This document shows positions 1 to 13,730 of a DNA stretch of 64,000 nt, piece by piece. The stretch lies in the NCBI RefSeq assembly GCF_031769215.1, contig NW_026782006.1, positions 992,001 through 1,056,000 on the forward strand. The letters run 5' to 3'. The position numbers were made by a program, and so were the translations under genes. The notes below the pieces were generated by a model. The model was not told where the DNA came from, did no database searches, and was given only the letters and a program-made list of their open reading frames with translations. The stretch comes from Ylistrum balloti (taxonomy: Eukaryota). Numbering within the stretch: position 1 is the stretch's first letter; each line of letters starts with the position of its first letter.

Positions 1-145
1 GTATTAAGGTGTCACACTGTCTGATAGGACGTATTAAGGTGTCACACTGTCTGATAGGACGTATTAAGGTGTCACACTGTCTGATAGGACGTATTAAGGT
101 GTCACACTGTCTGATAGGACGTATTAAGGTGTCACACTGTCTGTC
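1..145. repeat. 30-bp minisatellite (GTATTAAGGTGTCACACTGTCTGATAGGAC), running off the left edge
   Basis: About 4.8 perfect copies visible. Confidence 0.97.
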
Positions 146-560
146 TTTCATAAACTTTTCTCTGTCCAGAGATCTCTTCCCATAGTTTTCAACTGATCTC
201 TTTCAAACTTGGTAGACTCAATCATCTTGACATGAAACTGAGTTTCCCCAAACAGCAGTATGATTGGATTGTATTTTCAGGAGTTACTGCCCATTGTTAT
301 TTTCCTGATAATAATTTTGTCCAGAGGTCTCCTGTCTTAGTTCTCAATCAATTTCTATCAAGCTTGATAGGCTTAATCCCCATGGCATGAAGCTGTGTTT
401 TCCTGACTGGCAGTTTGATTTAATGGTAATTCCTTCATTCTTCATGGTCTAAATAATGTCAGGAGATCTCTCTAGTTTTCATTTTATCTTTTTTAAACTT
501 TGAAGGATTTACAACCATGTCATTAAATTGTGAATATTTCTTTGTCATGGGACAGGCATA
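146..560. mobile_element. Helentron-associated/HINE-like interspersed repeat fragment with ~150-bp internal core repeats
   Basis: Related motif GTCCAGAGATCTC recurs at about 164, 320 and 459. Resembles abundant bivalve non-autonomous Helitron/Helentron repeats, judged from memory without a database search. Confidence 0.45.
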
Positions 561-685
561 TATTGTAACCCCGCAAGGTTCTTTTGTTGTTTAAAAGAAT
601 GGTTATGCTGTGTAGTATTCTGAGTCAGGGAGAAGTAACCTTTATACATTGTAGTTTTCTTATGGGAGAGGATTTTATTTGTCAG

Positions 686-796
686 GGAGAAAATGTAACC
701 AATCCATGTTGCCATGTGCCCTCTGAAGCCTTCCTGGACCTACCACTGGGGATGAAACAATTTTCACTAGATCATTCAAAAATCCCCATTGTTTAG
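686..796 (+). CDS. Possible terminal exon of an unidentified plus-strand gene (GENVTNPCCHVPSEAFLDLPLGMKQFSLDHSKIPIV*)
   Basis: Acceptor ttttatttgtcag at 685, open frame to TAG at 796, AATAAA near 1160. No family recognised. Confidence 0.3.
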   Translation, partial: GENVTNPCCHVPSEAFLDLPLGMKQFSLDHSKIPIV

Positions 797-1499
797 AAAA
801 AGGATTCCTTAAGTTAAGTAAAACAGATAATACAAAATATGTAATAGGCAGAGCTTCAGAGGACATGATAGTGCCTTGATATACTTCTTATTGTAGCACG
901 ATTCTAGATAATGAATGAGTTTAATATAATTGATATTATATTTACACTTTTTACATAAGGTTCATTACAATATATATTACATTATTATATTTTGATATTG
1001 TAAAGGGAGGTTACCTTTGTAAATATTTACTTTTGGCCGAGCACATCAGTAAGTTATTGTTGTGCCAAATGTCCCCCTGTAATGTATGGTGATAGAATAA
1101 GAACATCTCTTGTACATATTACATATATAATGACCTACATTATATATTGTGTAAATGTGAATAAAGAGTCACAAATCTCCTCTTTCTTTGTGTGTTAATA
1201 TAGAATCAGTTAATACTAATAAAATACTGGAGGTCACGAGAGTAAGTCTGCCATTGAGCTATTAAAAGGTTTGAAACATCAAAATCCAGGTTTGCAGTTT
1301 GACCTTGAACAAAAACCAGTGAAGTCAAATTTGAATTTGTTTAGTGTCAACAAATTGAAAAATAACAAAAACAAGGAAAAACTATATCACAATGCCCAGT
1401 AGGTTATTTTAATGTCAGATTCTAACATTTGCTGGTTTGATTGGTGTATATAATCTTCGATTATTTGCCACATTGAAGACAGGCTCTTTGTAAAACTCC

Positions 1500-4400
1500 T
1501 TAGTGTAGCTGCTTTTTCTTGCCTTTGCTACTGGTTTTCTTTGGAGGTGGAGTATCATCATGTGTTACATTAAGGGTACGGTTGTCTCCCTTAGCGGAGT
1601 TCTTTCCGTTTCTGAGATTATGTTTGCTTGGAGTTTGGGCTGTGATTGCAATTAAACAAAAATACACATTTAAAAATAATGTAATCATACATCTGCCTGT
1701 TGTAAAAGAGGAGAATTTATTCAGAATGACTGAAAAACGTCTTGCTTTGGTTTCAATGGGTTACAAATGGAGAGTGTGTAGTCGTTTACATATATATATA
1801 TTCCAAAACGTCTATCCAGACAGTTAAGGATTCCATCGTTATCACATTTACATACGTCAGCATGAATGGTTCACAGAGATCAGAATAAGCTTTCAGATAA
1901 TGTAATACAGTAAAGAACACAATTCCTTCTAAATTATCCATTAAAAGTAGAAAAAGAACATCACTGATACAATCACAATCTTGTTTGAAACCATTTAAAC
2001 AAAAAAATTCTGAATGTAGTCGTAGCCGACAAGAAATAAAGCACATGACCCTCAATACCAGTGATGTTAATTACTTCATAGTTACCAACATGTTAATACC
2101 ATAAAACATGTTTGGAATGCGATGAACGGTCTATAGATATACCAAATATCCTTTGTTTTCGAAGTATATTAGTAATGATTCTATTGAAGGTAGTCTTTCA
2201 GTTAAGCTCAGATTTAGAACTGGTCATATTGCTGGATGTCAAAAACGTGGTCATTTTGTTTAGGTCAGGTGTAGTATCTATAGATTGATGGGACGCTTTC
2301 TTACTTCATTTATATTGGTCTGTTAAGTTAAGCACTTTTGTAATGGGACAGCGACAGCCATCATAATTTACCAGAGTTCTTTATACCTGCTTTCATTTGT
2401 TTGATATCTGAAACTTTCACCTGGACAACCAGAAATGGAAGAACAGATATTTATAGTGTTTTAGGACACTAGCCGATTTCCTGACCTCGGTATAATTTCA
2501 TATACGTACATGTGGGAGAATCACTTTTAACACACAGCTTACTGCCCCGGCCTCCCTTGTTATCCTTCTCTTGAGCGATAATCTGTTTGGCTTTTTTGTC
2601 GCGCTGTCTCAGCTTTCCTAAATAGTATAAAATATATGCATCTTAAATTAGGACACAAATACAAGGTACCAAGGCATCATATAATTTGGTTGAAAACTGC
2701 AAAATGATATTAAAGTGTGCTTAAGTCCAAAAATCATAATTTGATACAATTGGTTCCCTTAATTATTCAAGTCACGGAAGGAAATTCATTTCAACAGATG
2801 TTTTATCCAATACCCTTACATGCTTCTGGCCAATATCTCAACAAGCCAAACGTCACGAACAAATGAGTTCTTTCGAGACTGGATCAAACTAAAAACTTTA
2901 AAGATCGGTCAGTATCATTCTTTTGAACATAAGAAGCTCTTCAAGTCAGCAAATTTACCAGAAGTGACACTACATACATGAACAACATGCATGTTAGATA
3001 AATATATATTTGTATACCACAACATTGTGCCGTTTTCTCCCCATATATACACTTCGTCATAAGTTGAAGACCATGAATTTCAGTATCAAAACGGATTTTT
3101 ACAAACATATAAACCTTGTCGTACTCCTTGCAGTGTCCTTTGTGTTTGGTGCCATATGTTACATACGATAATCCAACATGAGGACAACCAGGGTTAAACA
3201 GAGATATCCCGTACTCTTACTCAGGCACCATTTTCTCTTGTTTTAAATCATAACCATGCTCATACTGTATTTAAAGATGGCACTTCTAAAAACTGACAAT
3301 AGCTGAAAGATGACACTTCTAAAAACTGACAACAGCTGAAAGATGACAGTCTAAACCTGACAATAGCTGAAAGATGGCACTTCTAAAAACTGACAATAGC
3401 TGAAAGATGACACTTCTAAAAACTGACAACAGCTGAAAGATGACAGTCTAAACCTGACAATAGCTGAAAGATGGCACTTCTAAAAACTGACAGCAGCTGA
3501 AAGATGACACTTCTAAAAACTGACAACAGCTGAAAGATGACAGTCTAAACCTGACAATAGCTGAAAGATGGCACTTCTAAAAACTGACAACAGCTGAAAG
3601 ATGACACGTCTAAACCTGACAATAGCTGAAAGATGACAGTCTTAACCTGACAATAGCTGAAAGACGACACGTCTAAACCTGACAATAGCTGAAAGACGAC
3701 ACGTCTAAACCTGACAATAGCTGAAAGATGACAGTCTTAACCTGACAATAGCTGAAAGATGACAGTCTAAATCTGACAATAGCTGAAAGATGACAGTCTA
3801 AATCTGACAATAGCTGAAAGATGACAGTCTTAACCTGACAATAGCTGAAAGATGACAGTCTAAATCTGACAACAGCTGAAAGATGACAGTCTAAATCTGA
3901 CAATAGCTGAAAGATGACACGTCTAAACCTGACAATAGCTGAAAGATGACAGTCTAAACCTGACAATAGCTGAAAGACGACACGTCTAAACCTGACAATA
4001 GCTGAAAGATGACAGTCTAAATCTGACAACAGCTGAAAGATGACAGTCTAAATCTGACAATAGCTGAAAGATGACAGTCTTAACCTGACAATAGCTGAAA
4101 GATGACAGTCTAAATCTGACAATAGCTGAAAGACGACACTTCTAAACCTGACAATAGCTGAAAGATGACAGTCTTAACCTGACAATAGCTGAAAGATGAC
4201 AGTCTAAATCTGACAATAGCTGAAAGATGACAGTCTAAATCTGACAATAGCTGAAAGATGACAGTCTAAATCTGACAATAGCTGAAAGATGACAGTCTTA
4301 ACCTGACAATAGCTGAAAGATGACACGTCTAAACCTGACAATAGCTGAAAGACGACACGTCTAAACCTGACAATAGCTGAAAGACGACACGTCTAAATCT

Positions 4401-7400
4401 GACAATAGCTGAAAGACGACACGTCTAAATCTGACAATAGCTGAAAGATGACAGTCTAAATCTGACAATAGCTGAAAGATGACAGTCTAAATCTGACAAT
4501 AGCTGAAAGACGACACGTCTAAACCTGACAATAGCTGAAAGATGACAGTCTAAATCTGACAATAGCTGAAAGATGACAGTCTTAACCTGACAATAGCTGA
4601 AAGATGACAGTCTAAACCTGACAATAGCTGAAAGATGACAGTCTTAACCTGACAATAGCTGAAAGATGACAGTCTAAATCTGACAATAGCTGAAAGATGA
4701 CAGTCTAAATCTTACAATAGCTGAAAGACGACACGTCTAAATCTGACAATAGCTGAAAGATGACAAGCTTCTGGAATGGTTCAAGGATGTATAACGTACG
4801 GGCAGGTAGCTGTAAATTTTAATGCCCATTTGGTATTTCTTGATATGAACAAAATCAGGCATGTTGACAGGTCTGACAGACCTTGAAAGACTAAAGATAG
4901 AGAAATAGACTTCTCTGTGTAGACAGACAAGGTGAACCAAAGTTACTACTGCTAACAGACTTAGATAGTGGAACGTCAATGCGTTAACAACAGGCGACCA
5001 GTCCTCTGCTGACAGTCACAAGAAAGCAAAACAAGACTGCAATGGACACGTGATCACCGGACATGGAGTATAAGGTCTTAGCGAAAAGTTCACTGATTAG
5101 ATGGAAACCACTTTTTACTTAGTCTGACAGACGTGTTTGGAGACTAAGAAATAAGGCACACCATCACAGTCACATTCTAGGCACATCATTTGGCGCTGGC
5201 GATGTTACTGTTTGAGGAAACTTGTCTCTAAACTCTAAGCTTGGTTTGCATTTTCTTGGTGATCAGATCCTTAGACCTTAGACCTTAAGTCATTCCGCAT
5301 TTTGATGTCCATCTATTGGCAGGTCGGCCTGCCCTAATGGATGACAATTTCAAACCACACAAAGCTCGCCGAGTGCAAGGCTATCTTCAACAAAAAGTGA
5401 TAGGGACGCTTCTATGGCCTGCAATGTCACCAGACATGAATCCAAATGAGCATGTGTGGGACTATCTCGGGCAATAAAATCAATGCATGGGATCCAAAAT
5501 GCTATACAATCGGAGAATTACGGGCTGTATTGGTTCAGGATGGCGGAGGTTTCTTCAGAGCAAGTTCCTGCGTCTGGTCAATGGTATGAGGTGACGGACA
5601 ATAGAATTGTACCGGGAGCATGGTGGCTATAACCGGTATTGACTTTTTCAAACCCAACAGAACTTGCTGGTCAGTTAATCTGCTTTACAAAGTAACGTTG
5701 TGATTTGATCATGTATCTGTTAGTAAGATACATTTAAAGTTGGACCTTTTTCTAGACTTTGGGTATGTCTTTTTAACATGATACAGCACTTCCGGTTCGG
5801 TAACTTTCTTTTCCCGTCGATTGTATATAGCTTTGTTAGCTGTTTAAAACAGTCGTCCATCCTGTTGAGTTGTTATTGAATATGTTTCTTGAATACAGCG
5901 AAAATAATAAGCCAAATCAAAGATATGGATAAGCCTTAAACTTATGGCCGAGATATATTTCGTAATATCACATATATTTCGATCAAACTTACTCTCCATA
6001 AAAGGATATTTCTTCTCCCAGTCTGTCAGTAGAGGAGTTACCTTTGAGATGCTGCCATCAGCGCCTTCTAGAAAAACATTTTCAAATTGGTTATAGTAAG
6101 TATACGAACGAATCTGAGTGAAATCCTCGAGTGACCTCAAACGTCTTAGTGTAAGTGTCCATTACTTGTGTCAAACGTCTTAGTGTAAGTGTCCATTAAT
6201 TGTGTCAAACGTCTTAGTGAAAGTGTCCATTAATTATGTCAAACGTCTTGGTGTAAATGTCCAATAATTGTGTCAAATTTCTTAGTTAAGTGTCCATTAA
6301 TTGTGTCAAACGTCTTAGTGAAAGTGTCCATTAATTATGTCAAACGTCTTAGTGTAAGTGTCCATTAATTGTGTCAAATTTCTTAGTTAAGTGTCCATTA
6401 ATTGTGTCAAATTTCTTAGTTAAGTGTCCATTAATTGTGTCAAACGTCTTAGGTAAGTGTCCATTAATTGTGTCAAACGTCTTAGCGTGTCAATTAATTG
6501 TGTCAAACGTCTTAGTGAAAGTGTCCATTAATTATGTCAAACGTCTTGGTGTAAATGTCCAATAATTGTGTCAAATTTCTTAGTTAAGTGTCCATTAATT
6601 GTGTCAAACGTCTTAGTGAAAGTGTCCATTAATTATGTCAAACGTCTTAGTGTAAGTGTCCATTAATTGTGTCAAATTTCTTAGTTAAGTGTCCATTAAT
6701 TGTGTCAAATTTCTTAGTTAAGTGTCCATTAATTGTGTCAAACGTCTTAGTTAAGTGTCCATTAATTGTGTCAAACGTCTTTGTGTAAGTGTCCATTAAT
6801 TGTGTCAAATGTCTTAGTGAAAGTGTCCATTAATTGTGTCAAATTTCTTAGTTAATGTCCATTAATTGTGTCAAACGTCTTAGTTAAGTGTCCATTAATT
6901 GTGTCAAACGTCTTTGTGTAAGTGTCCATTGTGTCAAATTTCTTAGTTAATGTCCATTAATTGTGCCAACGTCTTAGTTAAGTGTCCATTAATTGTGTCA
7001 AACGTCTTTGTGTAAGTAGCCTTTAATTGTGTCAAACGTCTTAGTGTGTCAATTAATTGTGTCAAACGTTTTAGTGTAAGTGTCCATTAATTGTGTCAGA
7101 TTTATTAGTTAAGTGTCCATTAATTGTGCCAACGTCTTAGTTAAGTGTCCATTAATTGTGTCAAACGCCTTTGTGTAAGTGTCTATTAATTGTGTCAAAT
7201 TTCTTAGTTAAGTGTCCATTAATTGTGTCAAACGTCTTTATGTAAGTGTCCATTAATTTCTCAAACTTCTTAGTGTAAAGGTCCATTAATTGTGTCAAAC
7301 ATTCATCGCCAACAGATCAAATTCTCACTTAAGCATCTGATTAATAGAGACTTCTACATCAGGACATTGCACAATACTTGGTAGGAATCATAAGGACTCG

Positions 7401-8256
7401 GAATGCCGGTACTATGTGGAAATTAAAAGTATCTTTTTGGATTCAATCTTATCCGGTTCTATTACAGTTACTAGTATTTTTAATACGAAATGACTGTTAA
7501 TTAGACATTTACATTATTTATCATTCCTATCTCCTAAACAAATAAGTCGATTGACGAGTTAAAAAGCAGTGAAACTCACTATCAATTTGTACCAACACAA
7601 ATGTACTTCGTGGCATGAAGTAGTCGAACATATTCTCGTGTGGGGGTTTGTTGAACAGTTCCACTAGACTGGCATGTTCATCACTCAAGTCTACGACCAC
7701 TGTAACACAACAACCATGCGGTAAATATCATTAAAGAGTGAAGTTCAAAAAGCAGAAGATACCTTTTGGACAGAAAAGAATTATCAATGTTGATATTTGA
7801 TACATCGTTATCATTTTCGTAATTAAACAATCATTTTTTCATGAAAGTCAATTGAGAAATCTTGTATAAAAACTATAAATATCGTTTGCAGTAAAGTCCG
7901 GTCCGTTGGCTTTAAGTTTACAGTAACAAGGCATAAAACATATGAATAAGACTTTTCAATCTCAAGGTGGATAAACCAGAGTCTGAAATGCTGCATTGTA
8001 AAATCTGACTTGCCTTTTGGGCGGATACCACACGCCCTCCTTACATAATCCTGTAACACCACAGCATTACAGTCGGGGTTCACCAACAAGGTTTTGCCGT
8101 CTTAAACAGAAGAAACATCGGATGAGTTCCATCTCAGTACATAATATATAGCATACACACATATATATATATAATGTTCTTAAATTTTGGCTAAGTTTAA
8201 GATAACGCATTGACTCGTGGAAAGCACATGGACTTGACACGAATTCCTAACCCGCG

Positions 8257-8307
<51 letters not shown>

Positions 8308-8864
8308 ATATGTGTGTGTGTATTTATTATAGTGACTCTATGTTTAGATATATATGTCCTAAATATCAAAAAATTAACACAATGCATCATATATAGTAAT
8401 GGTGTTGATTGGAAAGTTCCAAATGTGGATCGAGACACCTAAATTTACACTACCGTTTTCGACTTCAGTTTATAACTTTGTATCTGTTTTATGCGACGTA
8501 ATTTATGTGTTTTTTTTTTTTTTTTTTGTCTTGATAAAGGGGTAGATTGCCTTGAATATTTGACAATATATATATATGGTCCGCGGGTTAGGAATTCGTG
8601 TCAAATCCATGTGCTTTCCACGAGTCAATGCATTATCTTAAACTTAGCCAAAATTGTAAGAAAATTATATATATATATATGAAGTACAATTTGTACCGCT
8701 CATATGTGGTGATGCGACGTTTCAACTTCAATCATATAAATTTGTATAGACCCCTATACTATGTATGACTTACACAACTATCGGACTTGATTAGCAGTTT
8801 CTGCATGTATATTACCAATAGAATGTTACGTAAACCTACCTCCGTATTCCACGTTAATGAACAT
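1500..8864 (-). CDS. CXorf65-like: CXorf65/C22orf15-family uncharacterised protein, 6 exons, 173 aa
   Basis: Exons 8840-8864, 8014-8100, 7580-7699, 5993-6067, 2543-2617 and 1500-1639, all joined by phase-1 introns, 522 nt in total. Translation: MFINVEYGDGKTLLVNPDCNAVVLQDYVRRACGIRPKVVVDLSDEHASLVELFNKPPHENMFDYFMPRSTFVLVQIDKGADGSISKVTPLLTDWEKKYPFMERKLRQRDKK...KGKKKQLH*. This matches the recalled N-terminal MFIxxxxGxxxxxLVNxxC pattern, the DL motif and the basic tail of CXorf65/C22orf15. Confidence 0.9.
3276..4766. repeat. 31-33-bp minisatellite (CTGACAATAGCTGAAAGATGACAGTCTAAA) in intron 4 of the CXorf65-like gene
   Basis: Direct tandem repeats. The left end is organised as a 97-bp trimer. Confidence 0.97.
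5068..5764 (+). mobile_element. Internally deleted Tc1/mariner remnant
   Basis: 5335-5470 translates to LMDDNFKPHKARRVQGYLQQ...WPAMSPDMNPNEHVWDYLG, the Tc1 DDE C-terminal motifs. Only degenerate terminal inverted repeats. Confidence 0.75.
6135..7300. repeat. 33-34-bp minisatellite (GTGTCAAACGTCTTAGTGTAAGTGTCCATTAATT)
   Basis: Tandem repeats, including a duplicated block of about 298 bp (compare 6244 and 6542). Confidence 0.97.
8160..8680. mobile_element. MITE-like inverted repeat (~90-bp arms) embedded in (TA)n microsatellites
   Basis: 8173-8260 (aatgttcttaaattttggctaag...cctaacccgcggac) is the near-perfect reverse complement of 8578-8666. Each arm is flanked by (TA)n. Confidence 0.8.
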
Positions 8865-10904
8865 TGTTGTCAGCGCTCGTAGTATTCGACGTCCCTATAG
8901 CTTTGGTAGTTAACTGTCGCTAAGTGCTGCTCTCTAGTGACGTTGATGTATTTATGACGTCGAACTTTGGACAAGCTACATGTAATTTCATTATGACGTA
9001 ACAAAGCTGTTTTTTGCAGACGTCCCGTTATCTACCCATCAGTCCATGTCATCTCACAGTAAATAAGTTTGTCTTCTAATCAAAGTCCTTTAGAGGATTC
9101 GAATTTCCGTCTTGAGAAGCTGGATGAAGTATTCCATTGAATCAGGTTTAGATCCTCCGATTTCAGCCATGCGTAAAGTTTCATATTTTCAACTTTGTAA
9201 GTTCCGCGGTAAGGAAAAGTTCACATATGGAATGAACTTGAGATAATTCAGACCATGTATTCTTATTTTACAGGTCGGTCTTTAAATCCAAAATAACAGT
9301 AATTTCAAAAATAGTTTAAACCTTATTCTCATGTTGAGAAACTTAATTAGCTATCGGCCACATTGGGATAGCAACACGAGGCTTCGACGATCACATGGTT
9401 GTTCAATTAGCTGTTTTGTTATTGATACAAGTTAATAGGTAAAAAATAGGCATAACGTGCTGTAATATGAATGTCTATCTCACCGGCATTTCTTTTAACT
9501 AGTGTGAAAATTCCCACACTTTTTGCAATTATTCACGCGGTTACTTACATCATCATTTATTCAATAATCAAGAAGCATTTTGTAACATACTTGAAGTAAC
9601 AATGTATATTTTAATTTGATGTGATTAGTAGTATGTTCTGGTAACTTTGATTTTTATCAAACTGAAAATACTATTAGTTCTTTAATAGTATTCAATACAA
9701 ATAAAAGTGTTTAAAGGGAGATAACTCAAAACAGTATGTAATTTAAATACATGTAACCTATGTCCACGTGTGGTCAGATAATCTAATTCAGCCAAGAAGT
9801 ACTCAGATCAGTTGTTGTATCGTGACTACAGTAATAAATATTTAAAAAAGACTGGTTAATATGTAAATACTTTATTATTATTATTGCAGGCTAACTGATA
9901 ATAAGTGTATTCATTGAAGATTTAGAAAAAATATACTTAAGCATTTTGCTACTGGAGGAGGGTTCATTTTAGATGTCTTTATTGTCTGTCAAGGAATCGC
10001 ATCAATCCTTGGCAAAATTTTCCGGTTTGATAGGTCATCCTCCTATTTATCTCATGACAAATGATATAACGAATGTTATTGATGTTATAATTTTATTTAC
10101 AAACAAAAAACACTACTGAAAGAACAGTAAAAGAGGATCTACATAGAATTACCAGTAGAATGGACTTAATGACTGACATTGTCATAGTAACATATGTATA
10201 GGATTGTGCGTGTCTTGTAACAGCGGGAATCAGAGGACAATGTCAAACCTTGTGTTATCTTGTTTTCAATTCAGGTAGGTATATACGGTGGACATAACAA
10301 ATAAATTTCTTGTTATTCAAAAACAAAACAAAAAACAAGTCGATCAAAAAGGGACACCGTTACTATGTATTAAAGAAAACAAAGGACTGCAATTATAGTG
10401 TTACAGATCAATGAGTTGGTAAACAGTAGGATGGAACCATTCTTACAGTTTACTAATCATAGGATGCATCCTTAACGGTCAACTGAGATGATTTTTTGTT
10501 TTGTACGAATGACAAGCACAAACTTAACAAAACTGCCTTATCCAATATCTAGCAAATAAATGTATGTCTGCAGAATGTTGTTTGTAACAAGTGTAGATTT
10601 AAAGAACATTGCAGAAATTTGAAAAATCCAACAAGTTTTCAAAACATCGAACCTGCTTTGTGATTCCAACTGGAAATGAATACAAATACTAAAACATTTT
10701 ACCCCTGTAACCTCGAAAGTCAGTCAAGGTTATTAATTTGAACAAACTTGGTAGCCCTTCATCCCAGCATGCGAAGGAGACTGTATTCGTTCAAATACTC
10801 AGAGGTTACTTAATTGAAACGTAATTATATGTAAAACCATGTCATCATTTCAGGAGAAATATATCAGAGATTTTAACACACACCAATTGTAGGTCAATTT
10901 TCAT

Positions 10905-12410
10905 ACACTCATTCAGCAATGTAATAAAACAGTAACACTCATTTAGCAGTGCAATAAAACAGTAACACTCATTTAGCAGTGTAATAAAACAGTAACACTC
11001 ATTCAGCAGTGTAATAAAACAGTAAAACTCATTCAGCAGTGTAATAAAACAGTAACACTCATTCAGCAATGTAATAAAACAGTAACACTCGTTTAGCAGT
11101 GCAATAAAACAGTAACACTCATTTAGCAGTGTAATAAAACAGTAACACTCATTCAGCAGTGTGATAAAACAGTAAAACTCATTCAGCAGTGTAATAAAAC
11201 AGTAAAACTCATTTAGCAGTGTAATAAAACAGTAACACTCATTTAGCAGTGTAATAAAACAGTAAAACTCATTCAGCAGTGTAATAAAACAGTAACACTC
11301 ATTTAGCAGTGTAATAAAACAGTAACACTCATTCAGCAGTGTAATAAAACAGTAACACTCATTCAGCAGTGTAATAAAACAGTAACACTCATTCAGCAGT
11401 GTAATAAAACAGTAAAGCTCATTTAGCAGTGTAATAAAACAGTAAAACTCATTTAGCAGTGTAATAAAACAGTAAAACTCATTTAGCTAATTCAGCAGCA
11501 ATGTAATAAAACAGTAACACTCATTCAGCAATGTAATAAAACAGTAACACTCATTCAGCAGTGTGATAAAACAGTAACACTCATTTAGCAGTGTAATAAA
11601 ACAGTAACACTCATTCAGCAGTGTAATAAAACAGTAACACTCATTTAGCAGTGTAATAAAACAGTAACACTCATTCAGCAATGTAATAAAACAGTAACAC
11701 TCATTCAGCAGTGTAATAAAACAGTAAAACTCATTTAGCAGTGTAATAAAACAGTAACACTCATTCAGCAGTGTAATAAAACAGTAACACTCATTCAGCA
11801 ATGTAATAAAACAGTAACACTCATTCAGCAATGTAATAAAACAGTAAAACTCATTTAGCAGTGTAATAAAACAGTAACACTCATTCAGCAGTGTAATAAA
11901 ACAGTAACACTCATTCAGCAATGTAATAAAACAGTAACACTCATTCAGCAATGTAATAAAACGGTAACACTCATTCAGCAGTGTAACAAAACAGTAACAC
12001 TCATTCAGCAGTGTAATAAAACAGTAACACTCATTCAGCAGTGTAATAAAACAGTAAAACTCATTCAGCAGTGTAATAAAACAGTAACACTCATTCAGCA
12101 GTGTAACAAAACAGTAACACTCATTCAGCAGTGTGATAAAACAGTAACACTAATTCAGCAGTGTAACAAAACAGTAACACTCATTCAGCAGTGTGATAAA
12201 ACAGTAACACTCATTCAGCAGTGTAACAAAACAGTAACACTCATTCAGCAGTGTAACAAAACAGTAACACTCATTCAGCAGTGTGATAAAACAGTAACAC
12301 TCATTCAGCAGTGTGATAAAACAGTAAAACTAACTTAGCAATGTGATAAAACAGTAAAACTAATTTAGCAATGTGATAAAACAGTAAAACTAATTTAGCA
12401 ATGTAGTAAA
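10905..12410. repeat. 30-bp minisatellite (GTAATAAAACAGTAACACTCATTCAGCAGT)
   Basis: About 50 tandem copies. Source of the LLNECYCFIT ORFs. Confidence 0.97.
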
Positions 12411-12689
12411 ACAAGACTGAAAGGACCGTTTTGCGTCAACTTTAAGTCTGCAAAATAGGGGTATAACTTTTCAGAATATCTTTTTTTTTCAATTACTATA
12501 TCAAGAAGCAATTAACAAAAGCAAAACACACAAAAAAATGATACGGAGAATAGATGACCGAAAACGAAAAATAAAAGAAACAACTTTCACGTGTGTATGA
12601 AACATATTCCACTCACGGGAAATTTGTTAAAAGTCATGGCAAAGTCTCAGAGAGAATACTTAACGTACCTCTGCTGGTAAGAGTACACA

Positions 12690-13730
12690 TACTGTTTACA
12701 CTGGTGTAGAGTGTACACATACTGTTTATACTGGTGTAAAGTATATACATACTGCTGTAAAGTGTACAGATACAGCTGTAAAGTGTACATATACTGGTGT
12801 AGAGTGTACATATACTGGTGTAGAGTGTACATATACTGCTGTGAAGTGTACTTATACTGCTGTAGAGTGTACATATACTGCTGTAAAGTGTACATATACT
12901 GGTGTAGAGTGAACATATACTGGTGTAAAGTGTACATATACTGCTGTGAAGTGTACATATACTGCTGTAAAGTGTACATATACTGGTGTAGAGCGTTCAT
13001 ATACTGGTGTAGAGTGTACATATACTGCTGTAAAGTGTACATATACTGCTGTAAAGTGTACATATACTGGTGTAGAGTGTACATATACTGCTGTAAAGTG
13101 TACATATACTGGTGTAGAGTGTGCATATACTGGTGTAGAGTGTACATATACTGCTGTGAAGTGTACATATACTGCTGTAGAGTGTACATATACTGCTGTA
13201 AAGTGTACATATACTGGTGTAGAGTGTACATATACTGGTGTAGAGTGTATATATACTGGTGTAGAGTGTACATATACTGCTGTAAAGTGTACATATACTG
13301 GTGTAGAGTGTACAAATACTGGTGTAGAGCGTTCATATACTGGTGTAGAGTGTACATATACTGGTGTAGAGTGTACATATACTGCTGTAAAGTGTACATA
13401 TACTGGTGTAGAGCGTACATATACTGGTGTAGAGTGTACACATACTGCTGTAGAGTGTACATATACTGCTGTGAAGTGTACATATACTGCTGTAGAGTGT
13501 ACATATACTGGTGTAGAGTGTACATATACTGGTGTAAAGTGTACATATACTGGTGTAGAGTGTACATATACTGGTGTAGAATGTACATATATGGTGTAAA
13601 GTGTACATATACTGGTGTAGAGTGTACAAATACTGGTGTAGAGCGTACATATACTGGTGTAGAGTGTACATATACTGGTGTAGAGTGTACATATACTGCT
13701 GTAAAGTGTACATATACTGGTGTAGAGTGT
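12690..13730. repeat. 21-bp minisatellite (GTGTACATATACTGGTGTAGA)
   Basis: Tandem copies, open in several frames on both strands. Confidence 0.97.

Noticed and set aside
1500-1688. Secreted peptide with a signal sequence (MITLFLNVYFCLIAITAQ)
   Set aside because: The hydrophobic part is intron sequence upstream of the acceptor at 1640. The rest is the last exon of the CXorf65-like gene.
1786-2055. 89-aa minus-strand ORF as an exon of the CXorf65-like gene
   Set aside because: The gene model closes in frame without it and it has no similarity to the family.
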